A DNA stretch of 64,000 bases, taken from positions 6,038 through 70,037 of IMG/VR virus record IMGVR_UViG_3300046808_000337; one strand, given 5' to 3'. The DNA comes from a virus. A model generated the notes under the pieces. The model saw only the letters and a program-made list of their open reading frames with translations, ran no database searches and was not told the DNA's origin. The first letter of the stretch is position 1; the number at the start of each line of letters is the position of its first letter. Both the position numbers and the translations under genes were made by a program. Below, one piece after another: positions 28,927 through 37,091 of this stretch.

Positions 28927-29187
28927 TTAGCAGTCCCACTTGCGTAAAGCCAGTGCCTTACGTGTAGGCTTGCCGTTTGGTTTCTTCATAGGACCAGGCA
29001 TGCCACCCATCCTAGCACAAAATGACTTCCTCCGGGCCGCAGCCTTAGGCGACTTCTTTGCCTGCTTTGCAGACACTGGGGGCTTGAGGTTGTGGCCCTC
29101 TCGCTTAGCGGAAGCTCTTCCTTTAGCGTTCAATCCTCCTGAGGGGTTCTTTCCCTCCTTACGCTGCCATGCCGGGGACTTTGCCAT
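28927..29187 (-). CDS. Small basic protein (DUF6321-like)
   Basis: AWQRKEGKNP.GGLNAKGRAS...RRKSFCARM...ALRKWDC. Confidence 0.7.
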   Translation of the reverse strand: MAKSPAWQRKEGKNPSGGLNAKGRASAKREGHNLKPPVSAKQAKKSPKAAARRKSFCARMGGMPGPMKKPNGKPTRKALALRKWDC

Positions 29188-29190
29188 CCT

Positions 29191-29349
29191 TTATTTTTTT
29201 TTGGTTTTTTTTGCTGTCTTCTTTGACTCCTTGAAGTCGTTTGCCGTGGGAGCACCTGGTGCACCCGGCTTCCTCATACTCTCGCCTGATCCAGCTGCAA
29301 TCCTCTTGCGCTTGGCGTGAATGTTTGCGTATAGCCCCCTCCTTGCCAT
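29191..29349 (-). CDS. Small basic protein
   Basis: 52 aa MARRGLYANIHAKRKRIAAGSGE.MRKPG..GAPT; true start is 29349 (TAATG coupling). Confidence 0.7.
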   Translation of the reverse strand: MARRGLYANIHAKRKRIAAGSGESMRKPGAPGAPTANDFKESKKTAKKTKKK

Positions 29350-29543
29350 TACTTTTTCTTTTGAATGTTCTTGTAAGTTGGGATCGGAACCGGCTTCTCT
29401 CCGCCAGGCTTCGGCTTGTAGTTCGGTATAGCTACCGGCTTTTCCCCACCAGGCTTCGGCTTGTAGTTGGGAATAGTTGTAGGCTTTTGAGTCGTGCCGA
29501 TCGGCTTTGACTTCGGAGTTGGTTGTCTTTTTATGTTTCTCAT
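29349..29543 (-). CDS. K/P-rich peptide with tandem repeat
   Basis: 64 aa; IPNYKPKPGGEKPV twice. Confidence 0.6.
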   Translation of the reverse strand: MRNIKRQPTPKSKPIGTTQKPTTIPNYKPKPGGEKPVAIPNYKPKPGGEKPVPIPTYKNIQKKK

Positions 29544-29659
29544 CCCTGTCCTCTTGATGGTTTTGTTTTCTTGTCCATGGGAGACTTGCGCTTACACGCC
29601 TTGCCATCCCTTCGCTTGCCAAATGTCGTCTTGGCACCGTTTCCTAGTGACTTTGCCAT
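29540..29659 (-). CDS. 39-aa basic peptide (not in ORF track)
   Basis: MAKSLGNGAKTTFGKRRDGKACKRKSPMDKKTKPSRGQG; coupled on both sides. Confidence 0.6.
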   Translation of the reverse strand: MAKSLGNGAKTTFGKRRDGKACKRKSPMDKKTKPSRGQG

Positions 29660-30030
29660 TATTTTTTCTTTAAGTAGTCAGGCTTAGGTGGCCCAACAAA
29701 CGTATTCTTGGTCGATGGCACAAACGCCTTAGCCTTGTTCTCAGTAAACTCCTTCTCCCGCTTTTCCTTCTGCTTGGCAGACAACACCTCGTTCTTTTCA
29801 CCGCTGGCACCTTTGTTCTTACCGGTAGACCCGCTGCCCTTGTTTGACTGACGACTAGGACCATCTCCGCCACCGTATGCAGGACAGTCCTTGCCCTTCT
29901 CACAGCTAACATCCACGTTGTCCGGATTGTCAGCAGATCCGTTCTTACCCCGTTTCCCCTTCTTGAGGAACTGCCTTACGCCACTCATGCCGTATGCGTT
30001 GTCTCTGTAGTCCTGTGATGCGTAGTCCAT
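29659..30030 (-). CDS. K/G-rich disordered protein
   Basis: MDYASQDYRDNAYG...; start 30030 lies just after the upstream stop. Confidence 0.6.
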   Translation of the reverse strand: MDYASQDYRDNAYGMSGVRQFLKKGKRGKNGSADNPDNVDVSCEKGKDCPAYGGGDGPSRQSNKGSGSTGKNKGASGEKNEVLSAKQKEKREKEFTENKAKAFVPSTKNTFVGPPKPDYLKKK

Positions 30031-30034
30031 AGTA

Positions 30035-30193
30035 TTATTTTTTACAGCCACAATCGTGATCGCCCTTGGCCTCCTTAGCCATACGGGCCTCCATCTCCTC
30101 CTGGGCCATTCTATAGCGGTTCTTTACCATCTGTCTTGCTGGGGTGTATCTGCCAAACATGTTGGCCGTATAGTCCTGCGATGCGTATCTCAT
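30035..30193 (-). CDS. 52-aa peptide (not in ORF track)
   Basis: MRYASQDYTANMFGRY...CGCKK; preceded by promoter TATATTTG (30213-30206). Confidence 0.6.
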   Translation of the reverse strand: MRYASQDYTANMFGRYTPARQMVKNRYRMAQEEMEARMAKEAKGDHDCGCKK

Positions 30194-30239
30194 GGCTTTT
30201 TTTTACAAATATATGCAAGGTCGTCAATTATCCAAATTT

Positions 30240-30267
30240 TAGACATTCCTAGACATTTTTAGACATT
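30240..30267. repeat. Three TAGACATT repeats at 10-bp period
   Basis: Copies at 30240, 30250 and 30260. Confidence 0.75.
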
Positions 30268-30360
30268 TCGTAAACTATCCCGGGTTGGGGTCCCCCCCTA
30301 GTCCCCCCCGCGAGAAAAAATTTCCCGAAGTCGATATGGCAAACGGGGTGGGGTCGAATA

Positions 30361-30376
30361 CGTTCCACGTGGAACA
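30361..30376. promoter_or_regulatory. parS-like palindrome
   Basis: CGTTCCACGTGGAACA, 15/16 identical to TGTTCCACGTGGAACA. Confidence 0.65.
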
Positions 30377-31204
30377 TCGGCACCCGCCTCGCTCGCTTGC
30401 TTGCCTAGGCTCGGGAGAAAGTAAAGTATTATGTACAGCTATAACATAGGGTATTCTTGGTATCCCATCGGTGGACAAAGTAGACTAACATACTGATAAC
30501 CAACCACATACCGCAAGAATAACTTGTAGTGCTACGTTTATGCATGCGGTTATCTATACGAAATGCAGCCCGCTCCCCTGTATTTAACTTATCATTAACA
30601 GGCCTGTGCCGTCTGCCCTGTGGCCCGCGTGTTTAGTTAATGCCCTGTTAATTCGAGGCCTAACATGCTGAGAATCAACTGCTTGGGCCAGATTCTGCCT
30701 TATTTAGAACCATTCCAAATAGCATTTTGAGGGGGCATAGAGGCATTATCTCGGGCTCGGATGTATGTAGATACCACCTAGGGCGAGAAAGTCGATTTAA
30801 AGCAATTTCCGCGTGTTTACAGGGGTTCTAGCAGGCCCGCTCTTTTTGGTTAGGGCAACCTAGCTCGGGAAGGCCTAATGTGCGGGCGCGCATGAGTGCT
30901 TTGTATGCCTATTGGCTAGTTTGTGCCGGTGCTTTGTGTGTCTCTATAGGGATCTATGGGAGGGCCTTGTGTGGGACTGCCCGCGCTCGGGGCTAGGTTT
31001 GCAGTGTTAACTGCTATGAGAACCAATAAGTTAGGTGGGAATTTCCCCAAATATAGGGTATGTTGGCCCCATATCCAAATATACCCTTAACTTTTTTGTA
31101 CACTGATTATCAACACGTTACATTAAAAACATTATGTTATGACATAAAAAGTGTTACTGAAATGTTAATGTCGAGCTCACAGCGAGCAGACCCCCCCATC
31201 TTTG

Positions 31205-31570
31205 CCCTGTTCAACGGAACAACAGCTGTACTGACCATGTATCTACCATACACAGCGCAGTTGCACGGGGGTCGCATCCGAGACAACACGACAACTAGAG
31301 GTTATAGCCACCTAGGCAAGCGAACCAAAAGGTCGCTCATCGGCTCACTAACTGAAAAGGCAGCGCAAGCGGCTGAATGAAAGGGTGTGAGATGCAAAGG
31401 CATACGACAGATAGCGGGAACGTCGATAAAGCCCGCAGTTCTTTGAAGTACTGAGACCATGTGTGCAAAGCACGCCACCGAACAGGTGGGGAAACCGCAG
31501 GGAGGCCGATGACACCCTCTACTAGTTGCGCTGATAGCCGAAAGGACGCGCCATACATGGACTCGCAAGA
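31205..31570 (+). ncRNA. Large structured leader RNA of the early operon
   Basis: Nested long-range helices, several GNRA-type loops, no credible ORF. Confidence 0.55.
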
Positions 31571-31583
31571 CAACAACTAAAAC

Positions 31584-31633
31584 AACAACGCCACCGACGG
31601 GGTGCTCATCTAGGTTCGACTCCTAGCGTTGTT
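31584..31633 (+). ncRNA. tRNA-top-half mimic 1
   Basis: 7-bp AACAACG/CGTTGTT plus CTAGG-TTCGACT-CCTAG. Confidence 0.65.
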
Positions 31634-31657
31634 CTAAACTTATACACAACACAACAC

Positions 31658-32008
31658 ATGGAAACACAGGAATTACTCAAGTCACTTAGCGGCATGCAGG
31701 TGGCTAAATTTGAAGACAACACAATCTACATGACTAACGGCATGGAGGTGCGTCACTACGTCAAACTCAACGAGTGGATAAACTTCGACTCATACGGGCG
31801 GCCCGACGATTTGGCCCTGCAAATGCAGTTGATTGTGCTATTCAACGGCGCACAGGTAATGACATGGGGCGCCGAGACCGAGCTAGACAACGCCTTGCTA
31901 GTGCGTTGGTGGAAACAACACTCGGCCATAGGTAGAAACAAGAGCCAAGAGGTGCAGCAGGACCTAGGCAAGGTCGGCTACACGCTGCTAATGCAGGGCA
32001 TTGACTAG
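31658..32008 (+). CDS. First early gene, hypothetical
   Basis: 116 aa; CAA-rich leader. Confidence 0.65.
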   Translation: METQELLKSLSGMQVAKFEDNTIYMTNGMEVRHYVKLNEWINFDSYGRPDDLALQMQLIVLFNGAQVMTWGAETELDNALLVRWWKQHSAIGRNKSQEVQQDLGKVGYTLLMQGID

Positions 32009-32059
32009 GTAAACTGACGAGTCTTCAATAGACGAAACCGCCTGCGGGCGGTCTTTACC
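32008..32059 (+). ncRNA. Type I hammerhead ribozyme 1
   Basis: GGTAAA-CTGACGA-GTCT/AGAC-GAAA-CCGCC/GGCGG-TC-TTTACC; predicted cut after C32053. Confidence 0.9.
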
Positions 32060-32072
32060 AACACACAACAGC

Positions 32073-32282
32073 ATGAAAAAACGATTCTTTTTCCGCCGCC
32101 CGTCGCAATTCTCATTCGACATGGTGGTGACAATCAACGACGACAGGCACGAAGCCAACTTCCTAGCCTCCATGGTGCGCAAGGGCTACGAGATAGTAGA
32201 CACCGAGACATACCGCGCCGAGTGCGCTATGTTCGCACCATTCAGAAAGACTAGACTATCATACGGCGGACGCAAATTCTAA
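32073..32282 (+). CDS. Early hypothetical protein
   Basis: 69 aa; CAA leader. Confidence 0.6.
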   Translation: MKKRFFFRRPSQFSFDMVVTINDDRHEANFLASMVRKGYEIVDTETYRAECAMFAPFRKTRLSYGGRKF

Positions 32283-32301
32283 CATTAACACACAACATAA
32301 C

Positions 32302-32583
32302 ATGGAAACTACTGAAAAATTCGCTCGCATATGCAGCGCAACAAACGAGGGTATGAATGAGGGCTACCTATTCGAAGAGTCCCTCATGTATTTCATTGAG
32401 CATGAAGACGCCGAACGCTACGCAATTGAGCTAGGCTATGCCGACCTCGACGAGGCATACGACGACGACGCGTACTGCTACACCGAATGGGACGTAGAAG
32501 ACGAGCGCGAATGGTATGAGAAGCATGCCGGCCAATGGTACGAATGCACACAGGACAGCAAGATATTAATCAACAACAACTAG
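32302..32583 (+). CDS. Very acidic early protein
   Basis: 93 aa, D/E/Y-rich; possible DNA mimic (inference). Confidence 0.6.
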   Translation: METTEKFARICSATNEGMNEGYLFEESLMYFIEHEDAERYAIELGYADLDEAYDDDAYCYTEWDVEDEREWYEKHAGQWYECTQDSKILINNN

Positions 32584-32588
32584 TCAGC

Positions 32589-32852
32589 ATGATACACAAC
32601 GAGCACCTACAGAAAGCGGACGAACTATACGAGGTCCGCCACGACAACAACGGCAACGCTATACACGTCTATGTAAAGGACGGCGAGGCTATCGTATTCC
32701 CCTCACTACATGACTTTGTGATGAGGGTATACTACGGACAGGAGGTCGAGCGCTTCTACCTAGACGAGGAAGAGCTGACCGACCTGTATAACGAGAGCGC
32801 ATACGACTACTACACGCTCAAGGCTAAACACGAGGCAATACAGAACAGCTAG
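32589..32852 (+). CDS. Early hypothetical protein
   Basis: MIHNEHLQK...; start adjusted to ATG 32589. Confidence 0.6.
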   Translation: MIHNEHLQKADELYEVRHDNNGNAIHVYVKDGEAIVFPSLHDFVMRVYYGQEVERFYLDEEELTDLYNESAYDYYTLKAKHEAIQNS

Positions 32853-32892
32853 GCATGGTGGCCATGGAGGGGTTCGCTTCCCCTCCCTAGCT
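32847..32892 (+). ncRNA. tRNA-top-half mimic 2
   Basis: 7-bp AGCTAGG/CCTAGCT plus GAGGGG-TTCGCTT-CCCCTC. Confidence 0.55.
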
Positions 32893-32925
32893 CTAATTTA
32901 TTAACAACAATTTATATTCAACACT

Positions 32926-33849
32926 ATGAACAACAATTTCAACCTCGACAGCATGCTGTCAACAATCGCCACAGGCGCTAAGACAATCGAAACCCTCCAA
33001 GCTACAGGCCTCGATTGGCAGGTAAACAAGGTACAACTCTACACACCCGACGGCACACCTGTCGACAGCGCATGGGCCAATCAACGAGCGGACAACGGCG
33101 CTATCCTAGGCGTAATGTCCGAGCAGTACGCAGTCTTTCAGAACGAAGAGTTGGCTGAGCTATGCGAGGCAATCGCAGGCGAGTTTGGCTACACCATCCA
33201 CAAGGGCGGCGCTCTCAACGGCGGCAAGAAGGTCTACCTACAGCTGTCAGCGGGCAGCGTTACAGGTATCGGTGACAACAACGACCGCGTAGAAAAGTAC
33301 GTGACGGCGCTCAACTCATTCGACGGCAGCAGCAGCGTTTGCTTCGGGTCCCTAGGGTACACGATTAGCTGTCAGAACACGTTCTACCGCGCAGCCCGCG
33401 ACAAGGCCATGAGCCGCGTGCGCCACACCTCTAGCATGCGCGACCGAATCGAGGCAGCCAAGCACCAAATCTTGGGTATCATCAAGGCCGACGAGAGCCT
33501 GTACGACACCTTCTTCAAGATGGCCAATGCTCAGATGACCCCCGAGATTGTACGCAGTGTGGTGCAGCAGTTGACCGACGTCGACATTACCAAGACGCCG
33601 AGCAGCATCAAGGCTGACCACAGCGCCCGCAAATTCAACATCGCAAGCGACCTGCTAGACAGCATACGCCGCGAGACTTCATACAAGGGCGGCTCGCTAT
33701 GGGGACTGATGAGCGGGGTTACTCACTACACCACTCACAAAGCCTCCGCTCCTAACCGCGAGAATGGCCGTATCGAGGCTAAGATGACAGGCAACGCAGG
33801 TTCAATGGACGCGCAGGCCTTCGATATCCTAGCCAAGATTGTAGCATAG
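32926..33849 (+). CDS. DUF932/DUF945-family early protein
   Basis: GLDWQV, LGV.S..Y...QN, GALNGGKKVY, NSFDGSS, CQN and SLWGL..GVT.Y.TH motifs. Confidence 0.8.
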   Translation: MNNNFNLDSMLSTIATGAKTIETLQATGLDWQVNKVQLYTPDGTPVDSAWANQRADNGAILGVMSEQYAVFQNEELAELCEAIAGEFGYTIHKGGALNGGKKVYLQLSAGSVTGIGDNNDRVEKYVTALNSFDGSSSVCFGSLGYTISCQNTFYRAARDKAMSRVRHTSSMRDRIEAAKHQILGIIKADESLYDTFFKMANAQMTPEIVRSVVQQLTDVDITKTPSSIKADHSARKFNIASDLLDSIRRETSYKGGSLWGLMSGVTHYTTHKASAPNRENGRIEAKMTGNAGSMDAQAFDILAKIVA

Positions 33850-33908
33850 GTAAACTGATGAGACTTCAGTAGTCGAAACCACGGGGCCCTGTCCCTGTGG
33901 TCTTTACC
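33849..33908 (+). ncRNA. Type I hammerhead ribozyme 2
   Basis: GGTAAA-CTGATGA-GACT/AGTC-GAAA-CCACGGG/CCTGTGG-TC-TTTACC; predicted cut after C33902. Confidence 0.9.
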
Positions 33909-33918
33909 AACAACTTAT

Positions 33919-36831
33919 ATGAACACAATGTACGTCATCAAGATTACGCGCACGACATCGGGAGAGGTGACCCTGCGCAAGGAAGTCAGCGGCTACACTA
34001 GGGCCTACAACCTATTCACGGAGCTATGCGACATGCACGGCTACGACATCCAAGAGAACCCCATGGAGGGCGGCTACCTAGCGGGCGGCCACAGCCACGA
34101 CTTCATCATCGAGCTGTACGAGCCTAGCGACGACAACGAAGAAACTCAATACGAACCCTTTTAACAACACCAAATCATGAAGACTAGACTAACCCTCATC
34201 GCGGTGTTTATCGCGGCCCTATGGCTCGCTTCTGACATCGACAAGCACATGCTGCTGCAAGATTGTGTGCAGCAAACCGACGGCAGCGACGCTGCATGCG
34301 ACAGCTGCTACTACGTAATCTACGGAGCATACCCAACCCACTAAACCCACAGCAACATGGCAAACTACCAATCAGCAATCGACGCTGCAAAGCAGCAGCA
34401 GGCAATCGACGAGGTTACAAACTTCATCGAGTACTTCACGTCCGACGACGACTTCCGCATCATGATGCAGCAGTCTCTACAGGACTACATGAACCACGTT
34501 TGGAAACCATAAACACAACAGCAACATGACAACTCAGCAAATTAAACAGCGCCTCCTGTTCATCATTGAGGACGCAAACAGGCTCATGCAGCACATCGAA
34601 TCGGGCAACGGCATGCAAGACCCTACGGCCTTTGCCGACAGCGGGTGGACTCACCTGTCTAACATTCAGATAGCCGCCGACCCCGAGGACACCGAGTCCG
34701 ACCAATGGAAAAAAGAATCATTAAACTAAACACAACAGCAACAATGACAACTCAGAAACTCACAGCAGACACTATCGACAGACTGATAGGCCGCACCATT
34801 CACAGCGCAGGCGACAATTGGATACAGCTAGACAACGGCATCCGAATCTATCTAGACGACAGCGAAATCGAACACCTTAATTAACAACAGCATGAAACAA
34901 GAGTACATGGGTATCAGCGGCAAGGTTAGCCATGACCCAGAATTAAGCAAGCAGTACAACGCCCTGCTACAGAAGCTAGGCACGGAAGGTATGCTCGTCC
35001 TCATCGAACGATGGATGGACGACAGCGACCTGCAATCAATCATCGCATACGACGACAACTACTAAACACAACAACAACAGCAACATGAAGACCTTATTTC
35101 TATTGGCAGCGCTTGCCATACAACAGCTAACAGCCGACGTTAAATTCCGCGAGATGCAAGACGACGGCACAATCGTGTACGAGGGGCAAGACCCCGACAC
35201 GGGACGAGACTTGTACATGATCATGCTGCCGGACAGCAGCGTGGCCCACTACGCATACCGCGAGGAGGCCATAGAGTACATCAAGACAGGCACATTCAAA
35301 TACAACGACTTCATTAAATAACAACAACATGAGAAAGATTACAGCACAGGCAGTGCAAGCCTTTGAAAATGCAACCCCATTCAAGAACGGCAACACACAG
35401 GTTGAAGTGACACCCAACTGCACAATCTTGAAACTATTTGGCAACCCCATAGCATACCGGTACAACGACCCCGAGCGCACACTCAGCATAACCAACTGCG
35501 GGTGGCCTACAGACACGACGCGAGAGAGACTCAACGGCATAGAAGGCGTGAGTGTATCGCAGTCCGCAGGCAAGTGGTACCTCAACGGCGTTGAGTGGGA
35601 CGGCAATCTAATCGATGTAAACGTAAAACCAATATAACAGCAACATGAACAGACAAGACAGACTCAGAAAGTACGACCGCATTATGTCGGCTGTAGTTGT
35701 AGCAATCGTGCTCACCATGCTCCTAGCATCCTGCACAGCCCCACGGGGCCTTGGCTACCAAGACCACCTGCGCTCAACACCTAGCAACAATTGGGTACGC
35801 CACGACAACGGCGGATGCGGGTGGAACAATTAACATTCACTAACAAGCGGGTGCAGTATGCGGCAGGTATATTGCACCCGCAATCTAAACACTAACAACA
35901 TGAACGAAGAGAAAGTAATCAGCTACATCCAAGAGCAAATCATGAACGAATGGCGCTCGGTAATGAAGTACGAAGACCAACTACGCAACATCGCGTTTCA
36001 CACCGAGGAAGACCACATCATCCACGACTGCATCGCCAACGCGAAGGAACGAATCGAAATGTATACAATAATCCTAAACAAGTTTGAACAATGAGCATCA
36101 ACAACGACGCATGGAAGCTATCCAACCCCGACGACGACGGGCACTACACTGAAGACCACACACCTCGCATTCAATCGTGCATCTACTACAAGTTTATCTC
36201 AGACCACAGGCTATCCAACCGCCCCGTGTACGGGATGTTCACGACCTCCGGTCACGACATCAAGATATGGAACTGGTTCGGCATCGAGACAATCGACATC
36301 GAACCGATCGGTACAGAGGTGGAAGAGATTGAGTCAGAGATATACCGCATCAAACAGAACTACACCGGCTACGAACTGATAGCAAAGGACGAGTTCTTAG
36401 AGGTGTTCAACTCGGTACAGGAACGAATCAATAAACTAGTCAGCCATGAAGCAATGTATTGACAACATAGCATTCGCCCTCATGACGTGGCTCCTAAAGG
36501 ACATCGACAAATGAACATCGACTACCGCGCAGGCGACGAGATTGTTTGCATAAGGGACCACTCACAGGGTGTCGTCAAGAAGGGAGAGATATACACCGCA
36601 CACAAGTTGAATCGCAACGGGTGTGGGTGTATACTCCTTGTTGACGTTGGGTATATATCTGACAGGCCGTTCACTAAGTGTCCTGCCTGTGGAATGAACG
36701 ACGAGAAGACCGACGACGTGTGGTGGATAGACGCTCGCTTGTTCCGGAGACTTCTCACCAAGTCAGAAGAGGAAGACCTCGCTGACGTGCTGGCTGAGGT
36801 GTTCCAAGAGGAACTAATTAGCCTTAATTAA
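33919..36831 (+). other. Array of about 12 small early genes
   Basis: ORFs 33919-34164, 34177-34344, 34357-34512, 34526-34729, 34744-34884, 34892-35065, 35085-35321, 35329-35637, 35645-35833 (lipobox LASC), 35900-36094, 36091-36462 and 36511-36831; most are preceded by a (T)AAACACAACAGCAAC-like leader. Confidence 0.65.
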
Positions 36832-36879
36832 TAATAAACAACAGCAACATCAGCATGTTGCACTATATTTGTAAAAGCA

Positions 36880-37086
36880 ATGGCAACACTATTCAAACTC
36901 AAAGATGGCTACGAAATGGTCACCAACTCGCGTGACATTTATGCAATCAGCCACACCGGTAGGACGATTAAATACATCGGCAGGGGCACACCGGAATACA
37001 AGTCCCGAGGCAAAAAACTCTCGGAAATACCGCCCGAAATCAGACAGACATTCTTCGACATACAACGACACAAATCAGAAATCTAA
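36880..37086 (+). CDS. Hypothetical protein
   Basis: 68 aa after TATATTTG at 36864-36871. Confidence 0.55.
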   Translation: MATLFKLKDGYEMVTNSRDIYAISHTGRTIKYIGRGTPEYKSRGKKLSEIPPEIRQTFFDIQRHKSEI

Positions 37087-37091
37087 ACAAC

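Noticed and set aside
29350-29637. N-terminal extension of track ORF 29191-29637
   Set aside because: Better explained by coupled ORFs 29540-29659 and 29349-29543, with the true start at 29349
31531-31545. Possible third hammerhead (CTGATAG..CCGAAAGG)
   Set aside because: Core is not CUGANGA, and the GAAA is a tetraloop without stems I and III
31060-31576. ORFs 31060-31380, 31302-31568 and 31337-31576
   Set aside because: No leader motif, atypical composition, and they overlap the promoter and structured RNA
34500-35910. CRISPR-like repeat-spacer pattern
   Set aside because: Repeats are short, degenerate CAA leaders separated by whole ORFs of variable length; no cas operon (the PD-(D/E)xK gene is a solo nuclease)
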